Shown: piece by piece, positions 22,741 to 37,005 of the stretch
Numbering within the stretch: position 1 is the first letter of the stretch
Layout: every line of letters starts with the position of its first letter
Assembly: GCA_964016885.1 (NCBI GenBank)
Contig: OZ024741.1
Coordinates: forward strand, 238,204,001-238,268,000
Length of the DNA: 64,000 nt
Source: Eledone cirrhosa
Lineage: Eukaryota
Direction: 5' to 3'
Notes under the pieces: model-generated
What the model was told of the DNA's origin: nothing
Databases searched by the model: none
The model's input: only the letters and a program-made list of their open reading frames with translations
Program-made: the position numbers and the translations under genes

Positions 22741-23885
22741 GAAATTATTAAAATCTGACATAGTAGAATTACTAAGAAAAACAGAATAGTTTACAAAATT
22801 ATGTTGAAAAACCTTATAATTATATTTCTTCTAGATACAAAGATAAAATATTTTAGTGAATTTTGTTAATGAAAAAAAAATTATTTTAATAAAATATTTA
22901 AATTGTTTTATTAAATTAATGACAAGAAAAATAAAAACCATCTTTATATATGATATGTAAAGTTTATATGATACTGCTACATTTAAAATAATTCCTGGTA
23001 AGATTTGTTACTCACAACTATAATATACCTCATTTTTTACAAACAACATAATACTATATCTGAGCACTTCTTAACAAATATATAATATACATCTATTATT
23101 GTTAGAATTAAACACATAACAATATCCTCAGTTTATATATCACTAAATATGGTAAAATATATAGATTAATTTATAATTCATTGTTTTAATAAACAAAGAA
23201 ATATATAATGGATGTTTACTAAAATATATAGGATAGTAATGATCTTGTAGACTTTATTAAAGCTAAAGAAGGATTAACATTTAATTACTGATTTATTACT
23301 AAAAACAGATATAAACTTCATAACATAGCTTATTAACATCCACTTTTACAGTCAATGTTTTCTCATAGTTAAATAAAGCTATACACCATGTTTGAAATAT
23401 ATTATTCAAATATAGATTTCAATATACAGTAGCAATATATTTATAGATTAATAGCTCTTGTACAATGTGTCTTGTGTGATTCTGACATTAAAATATGTAG
23501 TCTTTCTAGAATTGTACTAATACAACTGCAGTTGTTTTCAATGATATAAATGATGATAAGATCTCTCTATCCTCTATTGTCTTCACCCTTTTAGATAAAT
23601 ATGATGATGATGACAACATGGCAGACATATTCAGCTATGTTAGCTGCTATATTAAATGGTGAAAGGGATTGTGAAATTTCTCTATTTTAGTCTCTATATA
23701 ACTTGGCAGGTATTTTAGGTATTATCTTTGCTCTGTAATTCACTATAAATACATAATATATATGTTATGAATATGAAAATATAATACAGGTAGAGAAAGA
23801 GGTAGATAGATAGATCGATAGACAGATTCAGAGAGAGGGAGAGAGACACAGACAGACTAAGAAAGAGGAAGTGGGAGAAATTTAC

Positions 23886-24222
23886 CTGCATTATTTAATC
23901 ATTCACTATAGTTGTGTATGATGGATGATGTGTATTCTGGTGTAGTATTCCAGTGTAACTCCTGCTACTGTCATGGTGGTGTTATTCTGTTACAGCTATT
24001 GTAGTAGCCTTCCAGTGTTACTACTACTATAGTAGTGATCCAGTGTAATAACTGCTGCTGTTGTTGTGTTCTAGTGTAACTGCTGATGTAGTAGTAAAAT
24101 AGTGGCTGTGTGCAGTGGTGGTGGGATGTTAGCCAGATGGTGTTGGGGTGATAGTTACAACACTATGTCTTCCACACACACACAATTGTGTGTATCAGGA
24201 ACAAAGAAAAAAGCTATCAGCC
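23886..24222 (-). other. Putative 5' leader exon of P3 (splices to 21215)
   Basis: ATGCAG|GTAAA donor; acceptor cttttgtag|AA. The 5' boundary is approximate. Confidence 0.7.
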
Positions 24223-24288
24223 TCACTTTGAATATTGAAAGAAATATATAAAATCTCTCCCAGCCAATAAGAAATTACTGCAATGTTG
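24213..24288 (-). promoter_or_regulatory. Conserved promoter-like block of P3
   Basis: Identical by eye to the P2 block. Confidence 0.6.
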
Positions 24289-24837
24289 TTTATGTAACAG
24301 AAACACATGAAATAGTTCAATTCATGGGAAAGTGAAGCAGCTTGATAATTTACATATGACAATATCACTGCATGACATATTCAGTATTAATAAATAAAAG
24401 ATTTGTATTAAAAACTTAATATCTATATTTGATCAATTATTATTAACTTCATTCAATCTTAATATGAGAGAATTATTCAATAACCATTTCTATCAGAAAC
24501 AATTTTATGATAGAGAAGACAGTCAAGGTTTATTACGTTAACATTACCAAAACAAAATGAATAATTTAAATATATTCTAGGATAGCTTAAATTTATTTAT
24601 CTATATTTTGTAGAATGTACGCTAATATTCTTGTTAAAATAAATATGTATTTTGTTATAGAATAGGCTATTTAAAAAAAAATATATTATAAATCAGGGAT
24701 TATAATAGAAGCCACTATAATGCAACTGTGTGATGTGAGAAAGGAATATAAAGTTGATATTTCTATTTCAATATAAAGTATCCTATAACATTTGGTGTGT
24801 GTGAGAGAATCCTTTAACAAAAGTGATGGGACATCTA

Positions 24838-24917
24838 CTATGTTGGCTGTAGATAGGTATCTTGTACTTGTTGTCCCTTTTGTATTGTGGCTGGAACTGG
24901 ATTGTCATTGGTATATT
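24838..24917 (-). CDS. Protocadherin P4 terminal coding exon
   Basis: 80 nt, AG acceptor, TAG stop. Confidence 0.8.
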
Positions 24918-25076
24918 CTGGAAAATATGAAACATAGAAACAGAAATTATATTTGAATATAACAACTCTGTAAAGATATAAACATTGTTGTTATATTACA
25001 CTAAAGATAACATTAAATATTGTCTTACAGTAATAAAGAGACTTATATTTCTATGTTATGTTTAGATAAAAGTTAC

Positions 25077-25224
25077 CTGGTTGTGCAGATATCTCTTCAT
25101 ATGGTTTACCCTTGCCAATACTTTTGTAACCTTCTCTGCTTTTTTGTGATGTTAAGGTGTCACTGTTGTAGTTAGACATGCTGAGACTGGTGCGACCTTC
25201 ATGACTATGGATTGAATCACATCT
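25077..25224 (-). CDS. Protocadherin P4 148-nt cytoplasmic exon
   Basis: Canonical AG/GT; paralogous exon. Confidence 0.85.
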
Positions 25225-25651
25225 CTGTGGATTAGAAAGGAGAACAGAATGAATCCTGATGTTAAGTTGAATAGATTTTTACATCTATAACCTAAGTTGC
25301 TCTTACTATGAAACAAAAAAGGAAATCAAAGTAAAAGGATAAATATATTATGGCAAGAGTCCTACCTAAACTAAGATACCTCTAAAACTAAAGAGCCATA
25401 TCAACTGGAATATTATAATGTCAAGAATAAATAAAAACAAATTTACTCGGTAAATGGAATATTTATGTGTAAATGTTAATTTTAGGCAATTCTGTAAAAT
25501 GTGAAATTTTGAAAAAGTTATTTTTCTCATCAACGTCCTTCATTTTAAAACTATAAAATGTAATGACTAAAACAAGATGTTTAAGATATCTTATGAGGCA
25601 TATCATGAAGGATTAGTATTCAATACTTGATTTATTTCAAATAATATTTAC

Positions 25652-28051
25652 CTGAGGAACTGGTGGAAGTCTCCTTTGTGTTGTTGAGAATTTCCACTCA
25701 TCTGGTAGCTGTTCCATCTCTGGATAAAACTGACTTTTAGATTTTATTGTCTGAAGATTTCTAGCAAATATATCTTCTGCATTTCTAGTTATTGCAACAG
25801 GATTGTTAGTCTGATACAATAATTGTCTCATCTCAGTCTGAGACAGAAAGTTTGGATTATCTGCTGTTGTAGGTGAGTTATTGGTGCGATTAATACATCT
25901 GAAAACACACAGTGTTATTGACACTACAATAGCCACAGATATTATTACAGCTGCTGCTACAATGATAATTACCCAAGTCATATTGAGGTCATTACCAGAC
26001 TGTAAGTGGACAGCATTCAACATTGGAGATGTATCATTACTAACAAACAGTGTTAGTATGATAACAGTTGTTGCTGATTGAACTGGAGTACCACCATCTT
26101 TCACTATGAACTGTAGGTCATATGTTCCTGCATCATTTTGGTAAACTGTCCGAGAGAAAGATAAGACACCAGTATGGGAGTTGACTGTAAACAGGTTTTT
26201 ATCATTAGATCTCAGTATTCCATATGTGAGGAAAGCATTGTTTCCAGTGTCTTTGTCAGAGGCTTTCAGAATTGTGATGTCTTTCTTACTGTGTGGATGG
26301 TAGTGGACATCTAGATTGTAAGGGTCATTAATAGGAAAAGTAAAATAGGGAGCATTATCATTTTTATCTAGAATCTCAATAACAATATTGGCAGTGTCAT
26401 TCAGAGAAGGTGCTCCATTATCTTTGACTAAAACCTGGAATTTATAGATGTCTTTCACTTCCCGATCTATTGATTGTGATGTAGAAATAAATCCATATTT
26501 TGTAAGTTGGAAAGGAATGTTATCATTGTTGTTATCATTGATGATAGAATATGTAAGTTGACCTCCATCATCAAGATCAGGGTCTGTAGCATTGATGAAG
26601 CCAATAGGGAAGTCAACTTTCTGGTTTTCATAGGTGAGGAATTGGAATGTATCTTTGGTAAAATGTGGCTGTACATCATTGACATCAATTACTTTGACAA
26701 AGAAATATTTCTTAGTTTCTAGTGGAGGTGATCCCATATCATGACATACAATAGATACTTTATAGTGGTCCTTTATTTCTCTATCAAGATGTCCCTTAAT
26801 AATTACATTATATTCTTTAGAATCTATTTTGGCAAGTTTAAATTTATCATGTTTTAAGTCACAGCTAACCTCACCATTAGGTCCAACATCAGTGTCAGTG
26901 ACCATAACATAAGCTATAAAACTATCTAGTTCACTGTCTTCTGAAACTGTTGTGGAACTTTCTGTTAAAGGAGATACAAAATCTATATTTATTACTGGAG
27001 CATTATTCTGGTTATTAATTATGTAAATATGAACTGTAGTAACAGACTTTAAGGGAGGTTTTCCTTCATCACGTGCATCAACGAATAATTTATAGGATTG
27101 CATCTTACTAAAGTGAAAATTATCATGTAAAAATATCTCTCCAGTTTTCTTATTTAATATAAAATATTTCAGTGCATTTCGAGATGTTTTATGGTTGAAA
27201 TGATAAGAAATCTTTTGATTGTCTCCAGAATCTAGATCTGTAGCTTTTAATGTAAGAATTGGTAAATGTCTTTGATGTGAATTATTTATAGATATGTTGT
27301 AGACCTTCTGTGAAAATACAGGTGTGTTATCATTAACATCTGTCACAGCTATGTGTACCTTGAGGGTAGTTGTTTTGGGAGGGTTCCCTCCATCTTTAGC
27401 TTCAAGTATTAACATATATGAGTCTTTTACTTCTCTGTCCAATTTGTCCCTTAAATTTAGCTCTGGTATGAAGACACCATCATGTTGTTTTGTGACAGAG
27501 AGAGAAAATGGTTCTCTCTTACTTTTCCTTATCATATATGTAATTTGAGAATTCTTTATTGAAACATCTTGATCAATGGCATTTGGAAGAGAGATTTTGG
27601 CTCCTCTACTAGCTATTTCAGAAAATTCAATTTTAACTTCACTGTTGGGAAATTCTGGTGAATGGTCATTGATGTCTTCTATAAATATATTTATCTTGAG
27701 AATTTTCATAAAGGCTTTTCCCTTCCTTACTGCTACTTTAAGAATTCTGGAACATTCCTTGCTATATGTACACAATAACTCAGCATCTAGTGTCTGTGTA
27801 GTGTATAGTTTTCCTGTGTTGGTGACATTAAATAAGTGAGAACCACTTGACACTGTCCTTTGTAGTTGTGTAAATGTAATGAGAGTGTGTTGTTGATGTG
27901 TAAGAGAGTGTGTTAAGTTAGACTCAACAGCAATGTCTCCTATATAGGTGTGAGGACTGTCTTCTTCATTGACATGGTATGTAATGTCTATAGACAGTAC
28001 AAGGGTCATCAGTAAATGTAGTAGACAGAGAAGACCAACATATGCTGTCAT
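25652..28051 (-). CDS. Protocadherin P4 large exon
   Basis: Same motifs as P2; donor at 25652. Confidence 0.96.
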
Positions 28052-29499
28052 GTCTGCAATTCTTCATCACACTTTAGCAGTAGAAATATCTACAAAGACA
28101 AAAGAAATATTTAAATTCTTAGTAACAAATAAAATATCTGATAATTATAGGAACCATTGTGAAAATTATATTTTAAGATTAATTACAGTCCATTAAAGCC
28201 AACTGAAGAATTCAAATTAAACCATAGCCCTTCATCTAAGTTTAATTACACCATCTGGCCCTTGAGTTCTTTTCTCACATTTAGCAAAGTTCCATGTGTG
28301 AGGAGTGAATGTCTTTTATCTGAGTGATGGAGAGAGAGAGAGAATTGTGCTTTAGCTGAATTGACTAGGTTGCAGATAAAGTTATATCTGTAGGTTCTCT
28401 ATATACCTCACTATCAGATGAAGAGCAAAGACCAGACACACGGAAATTAAACTAATTAAATTACTCTCAAAGTTCTTCTATTGACTAACAATAGCCTACA
28501 ACAAAGACCATCATCAGTTTCTTCAGATTCTAGATTCCCAACTGTCTTTAATGGAGTCCCTTTTGTTGTAATTATTCTGATCAGGTGTCTGATCTGAGGA
28601 TGACCTATATTTATGTGTTGCTCTTTTTACAGCAGCAACTCATGAATTATAGTATCTTCCTACCTATCCTCATCTCAGAAGCCTTGTAAAAGCACGTGGA
28701 ACACAACAGTTTGTCCTCTGATACTAAAGGGCAATCTGAAACACATCAGACATAAACCCTGTAACAATCAATTAAAAATGTTAACAAATACAATTAGGCA
28801 AACATTTGTTTCCAACAAAGTACAAAACAAGAAGTAAAACCCTATACAAAGTAATTAGTACCATCAATCAATTTATGACCCCATTAAATACCATAATAAT
28901 ATAAACACTTTTTCTTACCAACTGGAAAAAAACAACACAAAGAAGATAGTAATACTGAATACGAAGAAACTCAACACCTTCACCTCGACGTTTGACCTGA
29001 CTAATTTCTTTTAACAGACAACAGAAAATTAAAACAAAAACTGCAATGTCTTCTAAAGTCTAAAGGAATTATTGAATTTCCCAGGATTTTTAATTATTGG
29101 TAACTAAGTAAATTAATCATAATTATATGACAATATATAATACCTTAAAAGTACATCTTAAGGAAAAAAACTATTTTATAAAAGAAATCATTAAAGAAAA
29201 TTTAAAGAAAAATTTAAGAAAACCAAAGTGTTTATAGAATTTTAGTTCACTCTAATCAGAACAGAAATACTCAAAAAAAAAAAAGAAAAAAAAAAAGATA
29301 TGGTTTAGTTAACCAAAATCTTCATACAATAGTTTATATTAAGCTAGAATTCCCATATTAGAATTATAGAAATTAAAATCTAACAGTGGTGTTAGTAACA
29401 AAATTATGTGGAAATATTTTTCTAGATGATAAAATAGCTCACTAAATGTTGTTGAGGAAAAAAAATTATTATAATATTATTTTTGAGCACTTCTTAACA

Positions 29500-29945
29500 A
29501 ATCTACAACATTCATGTATTTCTCGAGTTTTATTTATTCATCAAATTTCAATTCGGTTACATAATGTTTGCAATAGCAAAAAGAAAAAGAAAGAGGGAAA
29601 AAAATTAAATAACGAAAGTAAGGAAAAGGTTTAGGGGAAGGGAAGGGAGAAAGGCAATGTTTAAATAAAAGAAGAGAGGAAAAACAACTGTGTGGAACTT
29701 AAGGAATACCAAACAGTACTAAAAAACAAACAAACCAAATCCTAATTTAAAACAGTAAAGAAAATGTAAAGGAAGGGGTGAACAACCGAGCCAACATCAG
29801 AGCAAAAGATAGCAGCGAGGGGTACTGGGCAACCTCTCTAATGACTTTTGAGGCCAGCCAGCACACTCGCAGCGTTGCTTCGGGTGATGGCGAGGCTAAT
29901 GCGCTGGAACAGCCAAGCGCCCTCGCGAGATTCGCCAGTTACCTC
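29500..29945 (-). mobile_element. 3' fragment of a CRE-like LINE
   Basis: Minus strand reads VTGESREGAWLFQRISLAITRSNAASVLAG, typical of the CRE RLE C-terminus. GC-rich patch interrupting a conserved intron. Confidence 0.55.
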
Positions 29946-30664
29946 TATTATTGTCAGAATTAATATATTTTAAAAACACATAACAATATCCTCACACTAA
30001 ATATGGCAAAATATCTAAATTAAATTATATTTAACAACATTTTAATAATAATAAATATTCTTAATTTATCATATACAAAGAAATATATAATGGATATAAA
30101 TGATATTGGAAACTTCATTAAAACTAGAGAATGATTAAAATATCATTACTGAATTATTACAAAGTAGAAATAAACTACATTACATACACTATTAACATCC
30201 AGTTTTATTGACTTTTAATCAACGCTTTCTGACTGTTAAATAAAGCTTTACACCAACATTGAACTATATTACACAAATATAATTTTCAATATGCAGTAGC
30301 AATATATATAGATAAATATCTCTTGTATAATGTGTCTTGTGTGATTCTGACATTAAAATATGTAGTCTTTCTAGAATTGTACAAATACAACTGCAGCTGT
30401 TGTTATTAATGTTAGAAATGATGGCGAAATCTCTCTATCATCCACTGTCTATGGCAGACATATTCAGCCAGTATGTTAGTGGTTGTATTAGATGGTGGAA
30501 GGGATTGTAAGATTTCTCTATTTTCCACTGTCCTTTAGAGATATGCTTACGCCCTGGAGAATATATAGATATATATATATTCTATAATAAAACAATAATG
30601 GTAGAGAAAGAGGTAGATAGATAGATAAATGGAGAGGGAGAAAGAGAGAAAGAAAGACTCTTAC

Positions 30665-31000
30665 CTGCATTGTTTAATCCTTCACTGTAGTTGTGTGTGA
30701 TGGATGATGTGTATCCTGCTGTAGTGTTCCATTGTAACTGCTGCTACCATAATAGTGGTGTTATATTGTTACTGCTGCAAATGTAGTGGTGTTCTAGTGG
30801 TTGCTGCTACAGTAATGGTGCACAAACCTAACTACTGCTGTAGTTGTGTTTCCGTATAACTGCTGATAAAGTGGTGTGACAGTAGTTATATACAGTGGGA
30901 GGTGAGACGTAAGCCAGATGGTGTTGGGGTGATAGTTACAACACTATGTCCTCCACACACACAATTGTGTGTATCAGGACAAAGAAAAAAGCTATCAGCC
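30665..31000 (-). other. Putative 5' leader exon of P4 (splices to 28089)
   Basis: ATGCAG|GTAAGA donor; acceptor tctttgtag|AT. The 5' boundary is approximate. Confidence 0.7.
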
Positions 31001-31066
31001 TCACTTTGAATATTGAAAGAAATATGTCAAATCTCTCTCATCCAATAGGAAATTACTGCCATGTTG
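30991..31066 (-). promoter_or_regulatory. Conserved promoter-like block of P4 (TATA-like element altered to atatgtcaa)
   Basis: Same block with CCAAT retained. Confidence 0.55.
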
Positions 31067-31605
31067 TCTGTGTCACACAAACACATGGAATAAGAGAATT
31101 TATGTGAAAATAAAGCAGCATCACTACATTACGTATCCAGTGTTAATAAACAAAAGATTTGTATTGAAAACGTAAAATTTATATTTATAGTTGTTTATAT
31201 TTGATTTGTTATTATTAACTTTGTTTAATCTAAATATGAGAGAACTATTGAACAACCATTTCTATGAAAAACAATTTAATGTTAGAGAAGACAGTCAAAG
31301 TTTATGAAGTTAACATTACTGAAATAAAACGAATAATTTGAATATTCTAGGATAGCTTAAATTTATTTATCGATATTTTGTAGAATGTATGCTAACATTC
31401 TTATTAAAATAAATATGTACTTATAGAATTGGCTATTTATAATATTTTATATATTATAAATCAGGGATTATAATAGAAGCCACTATTATGCAACTGTGTG
31501 ATGCAAGAAAGAAATGTAGAGTTGATATTTCTATATCAATATAAAGTATTCTATAACATTTGGTGTGTGTGAGAGAATCCTTTAACAATTGTGGTGGGAC
31601 ATCTA

Positions 31606-31685
31606 CTATGATGGCTGTAGATAGGTATCTTGTACTTGTTGTCCCTTTTGTATTGTGACTGGAACTGGATTATCATTGGTATATT
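31606..31685 (-). CDS. Protocadherin P5 terminal coding exon (ends YLQPS*)
   Basis: 80 nt, AG acceptor, TAG stop. Confidence 0.8.
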
Positions 31686-31784
31686 CTGGAAAATATAAAA
31701 TATAGACACAGAAATTATATTTCAACATAACAACTCTGTAAAGATATAAACATTTATGTTATATTATACTACCATAAGATTATA

Positions 31785-32760
31785 TACCAACTTAAAGAAT
31801 GACACAGTGCTGAAATACACAGATGACATCAAGCTGTAACTTGAGATGAAAAGGACAGATCCTGTATATTATAGATCTTTCCTGCAATCAGACCTGGACA
31901 CAATGTAGCAATGGATTATGCATTGGCAACTCAAGCTGGCTATAGACAAGTGTACCACCATGCATTTTGGGAGGAAAAACCCAGTGTTCACATACTCCCT
32001 CCATAGCACTAATCTCAAGAAGTTTTCTTGTGGAAGTGACCTGGGTATTACTGTCAGCAGCGATTTGTGTTGGACAAAGCACATTTCTAAAATTGTCAAA
32101 GAGGCTGAAGGTGACTTAGCATCACCCAGTAAGATCTTTGCCAGCTGCTCTCCAGCTATCTATTTAAAGTTGTATATAGCTATGGTGTGGCCATACTTAG
32201 AATTTGCATCACCAGTTGGAACCCCTATCTAGCTCAGAATATTGACCTCTTGAAAACTGGTCAGGGATGTGCAACTAAATGAATACCCTCTATTAGGCAT
32301 CTACCATAATCTGAATGCCTTCCTTCACTGGGCATGGATACATACTGGGATATGACTTGGTAAACACCCACAAAATTATTAACCATCTTACCAACAACAA
32401 ATTTGAGCACCATGTGTCTAACACCAATGGACATGTTTACAAAGTCAGAAAACAGCACAACTCCCATGACTTTCAGAAACACTTTTTCACATCAGAGTTG
32501 CTGAAGCATGGAACAAACTATCTGCATCGGTTGTTAGCTTTTGGGACACTGCATTCTTCAAAACTTCCATGCATTCTGAAATTTGCCAACACTACACCTG
32601 ATGTTCCCCATCCATACACCCACACACATGTATCCGTGTGTATATCATGACTCATACTCTGTTCACTTTCCAGAGATTTGTACATTTTTCTATGTACTAT
32701 ACATGCAACTTTGATGAGTTGTAGTGCATCTGAGCACGGTACACAATAATTTTCATTATT
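31785..32760 (+). mobile_element. 5'-truncated CR1/L2-group LINE in the last intron of P5
   Basis: Degenerate YTDD motif, WQLKLAIDKC, LEFASPV and an aataatttcattatt tail. Same family as 40650-41710 and 46205-48950. Confidence 0.88.
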
Positions 32761-32829
32761 GTTTTTATTTATTTGTATACAGTAATAGAAGGGAATTATA
32801 TTTCTATTTTATGGTTAGATAAAAGTTAC

Positions 32830-32977
32830 CTGGTTGTCCACGTATCTCTTCATATGGTTTAGTTTTGCCAATACTCTTGTAACCTTCTCTGCTTTTTTGT
32901 GATGTTAAGGTGTCACTGTTGTAGTTAGACATGCTGAGACTGGTGCGACCTTCATGACTATGGATTGAATCACATCT
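32830..32977 (-). CDS. Protocadherin P5 148-nt cytoplasmic exon (...PYEEIRGQP)
   Basis: Canonical AG/GT; visible within ORF 32804-33010. Confidence 0.85.
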
Positions 32978-33402
32978 CTGTGGATAAAAAAAAAAAGCTG
33001 AGTGAATCATGTTAACTTGAATAGAGTTTTATATATTATCTAAGTTTTTCTTGCTGTGGCACAAGATAAAGATAGTATGGTAAGAATCATATCTAAACTA
33101 AAACTACTCTAAAACTAAAGACTCATATCAACTGGAATATAATAATTAAGTATTTTCTCTGTTCATATAAATAATGTAAAGGATAAACAAAAACAAATTT
33201 ACTGGGTAAATGAAATATATATGTGTAAATATTAATTTTAGTCAAATCTGTAAAATGTAAAATAATGAAAAAGTTTTTTATTAACGTTCTCATTTACAAA
33301 TTTTTAAAATTTAATAAATAAAAATATATGTTTAAGATATCTTATGAAGCATATCATGATGAATTAGAATTCAAAACTAGAATTATTTCAAATAATATTT
33401 AC

Positions 33403-35805
33403 CTGAGGAACTGGTGGAAGTCTCCTTTGTGTTGTTGAGAATTTCCACTCATCTGGTAGCTGTTCCATCTCTGGATAAAACTGACTTTTAGATTTTATTG
33501 TCTGAAGATTTCTAGCAAATATATCTTCTGCATTTCTAGTTATTGCAACAGGATTGTTAGTCTGATACAGTAATTGTCTCATCTCAGTCTGAGACAGAAA
33601 GTTTGGATTATCTGCTGTTGTAGGTGAGTTATTGGTGTGATTAATACATCTGAAAACACACAGTGTTATTGACACTACAATAGCCACAGATATTATTACA
33701 GCTGCTGCTACAATGATAATTACCCAAGTCATATTGAGGTCATTACCAGACTGTAAGTGGACAGCATTCAACATTGGAGATGTATCATTACTAACAAACA
33801 ATGTTAGTATGATAACAGTTGTTGCTGATTGAACTGGAGTACCACCATCTTTCACTATAAACTGTAGGTCATATGTTCCTGCATCATTTTGGTAAACTGT
33901 CCGAGAGAAAGATAAGACACCAGTATGGGAGTTGACTGTAAACAGGTTTTTATCATTAGATCTCAGTATTCCATATGTGAGGAAAGCATTATTTCCAGTG
34001 TCTTTGTCAGAGGCTTTCAGAATTGTGATGTCTTTCTTACTGTGTGGATGGTAGTGGACATCTAGATTGTAAGGGTCATTAATAGGAAAAGTAAAATAGG
34101 GAGCATTATCATTTTTATCTAGAATCTCAATAACAATATTGGCAGTGTCATTCAGAGAAGGTGTTCCATTATCTTTGACTAAAACCTGGAAGTTATAGAT
34201 GTCTTTCACTTCCCGATCTATTGATTGTGATGTAGAAATAAATCCATATTTTGTAAGTTGGAAAGGAATGTTATCATTGTTGTTATCATTGATGATAGAA
34301 TATGTAAGTTGACCTCCATCATCAAGATCAGGGTCTGTAGCATTGATGAAGCCAATAGGGAAGTCAACTTTCTGGTTTTCATAAGTGAGGAATTGGAATG
34401 TATCTTTGGTAAAATGTGGCTGTACATCATTGACATCAGTTACTTTGACTGAGAAATATTTCTTAGTTTCTAGTTGAGGTGATCCCATGTCATGACATAC
34501 AATAGATACTTTATAGTGGTCCTTTATTTCTCTATCAAGATGGCCTTTAATAATCATTTTATATTCTTTAGAATCTATTTTGGCAAGTTTAAATTTATCA
34601 TGTTTTAAATCACAGCTAACCTCACCATTAGGTCCAACATCAGTGTCAGAGACTATAACATAAGCTATAAAACTATCTAGTTCACTGTCTTCTGAAACTG
34701 CTGTGGAACTTTCTGTTAAAGGTGATACAAAATCTATATTTATCACTGGAGCATTATTTTGGTTATTAATAATGTAAATATGAACTGTGGTTACAGAACT
34801 AAGTTGAGGATTCCCTCCATCGCGTGCTTCAAAAAACAATTTGTAGGACTGTTTTCCACCTAAATTAAAATTATCTTTCAAAAATATCTCTCCATTTTTC
34901 TCTTTCAATAGAAAATGTTTCTGGATACTTTGAGATGTTTTATGGTTGAAATGATAGAAAATCCTTCCATTGTTTCCAGAATCTAGATCTGTAGCTTTTA
35001 AAGTAAGAATTGGTAAATGTCTTTGATATAAATTATTTATAGATATATTGTAGACTTTCTGGGAAAATACAGGTGCATTATCATTAACATCTGTCACGGC
35101 AATGTATACCTTGAGGGTAGTTGTTTGGGGAGGGTTCCCTCCATCTTTAGCTTCAAGTGTCAACATATATGAGTCTTCTAGTTCTCTATCTAATTTCTTT
35201 TCTAAATTTAGGGCAGGTATGAAGACTCCATCATGTCGTCTTGTCATGTACAAAGAAAATGGTTCTCTTTCCTGTGTCACTATTTTATATGTAATTTGTG
35301 AATTTATGGTGGTAATATCTCTATCTATGGCATATGGTATTATCTTTCTGCTGCCTTTAAGGCTGTCTTCTGCAAATCTAACAGTGATTTTATCAACAAA
35401 AAATTCTGGAGAATTATCATTGATATCTTCAATGATTATCTTGAGTTTTAACATCTTCATAAAAGTTTTTCCTTTCCTCACTGCTACTTTAACAATTCTG
35501 GAACATTCCTTGTTATATATACACAGTGACTCAGCATCTAGTGTCTGTGTAGTGTATAGTTTTCCTGTGTTGGTGGCATTGAATAAGTGAGAACCACTTG
35601 ACACTGTCCTTTGTAGTTGTGTAAATGTAATGAGAGTGTGTTGTTGATGTGTGAGAGAGTGTGTTAAGTTAGAATCAATAGCAATGTCTCCTATATAGGT
35701 GTGAGGACTGTCTTCTTCATTGACATGGTATGTAATGTCTACAGACACTATAACCGACTGTTGTAAATATAATAAATACACCAGGTAAATGATATTTCCA
35801 CTCAT
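33403..35805 (-). CDS. Protocadherin P5 large exon
   Basis: Same motifs as P2; donor at 33403. Confidence 0.96.
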
Positions 35806-36374
35806 ATCTGTATTTCTTCATTACTCCTTAATATTGGACATTGCTAGAAATAAAATATGTAAAAATTACAATCACAAAATATATCTAATTGAATATATAT
35901 TTGTATGTAAAACTTGTTACAAACAACACAATTTTACTAAGGGATCAATTCTTGTAATACATAATAATGTCTAACTTATTTAAATGTTTAATTTATTCAA
36001 AATCTTTCTATTATTGTTTGCAATAAGCTTATATACATCCCTTGTGTCAACATATTTTCCTAACACTATATATTCCTTGTTACAATTTTGACTGGATTGG
36101 TCTAAAAATGTGCATATTCTATGGAATTCTTTGGTTGAGATTTTTTTTCGTTGCCTTTGAAACATCAAGCTAATATTTATTTTCTAATAAAATGTAAAGA
36201 AAATCATCTTGCCAAGAAACAATGTGTTGGTGTTTAACTTTGAACTTGTGACCAAGCGCAGGACAGAGTTATGAGAACATACCCTAGAGAGAATTTTAAA
36301 CATAAAGAGCAGTGTTCAAATATACATTGAGATGTTCTACCAATATCAGAAGAAAAAAAATGTTCAAGCTGCCT

Positions 36375-37005
36375 TCTATTACATGCTAATGTGGTACCCA
36401 GCTCTAGCCAAAAAAGAATATATCCACAGGCATGATAGAGTTAGGATCTTCATACACTGGAAATTATGCCAGCATTATGAAATACCAACCGAAAAAAGAA
36501 GGTACAAACACACACTCAAAAAATTTTTTAGAGAATGACAAAGCAACCATTCTCTGGGATATGTCAATACATACAGATAAGCCTACTGACCAGATATTAT
36601 AATCAAAGACCACAAAGAAAAAAATGCCCTCTAATAGATGTATCAATCCCCACAGACGACTATATATCTTCCAAGAAAATAGAGAAAGTCTCCAAATATA
36701 AAGATCTAGAGATAGAAATAACTTGAATGTGGAAAATGAAAACAGAAACAATACCTATAATAATACATGCTCTGGGAATGTTAAAAAAACACACAGACAA
36801 ATACATACCCCAAATCCAGGACTTACAAATATATACAGCATACAAAAAATAGCACTACTAGGCACTGCACACATATTACAAAAATTACTACCAATACGAT
36901 AGAAACAATACCAGCAAAAACTACACTGCTCATACCCAAGGTGCATAGAGCTGTGCTCAGTAAAGCAGTAATGATGTGCAATAAAAATAATAATAACAAC
37001 AATAA
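36375..37005 (+). mobile_element. 3' fragment of an R4/Dong-like RLE LINE
   Basis: LAKKEYIHRHDRV..IHWKLC, ILWD, PDIIIKD..LIDVSIP..EKVSKYKDLEIEI and an (AAT)n tail. Absent from the matching P7 intron. Confidence 0.8.

Noticed and set aside
24783-24965. Alternative frame of the terminal exon (NIPMTIQFQPQYKRDNK...), which would be used if the 148-nt exon were skipped
   Set aside because: Several inter-paralog substitutions are synonymous in the EYTNDNP frame but non-synonymous in this one, and its stop position varies between copies.
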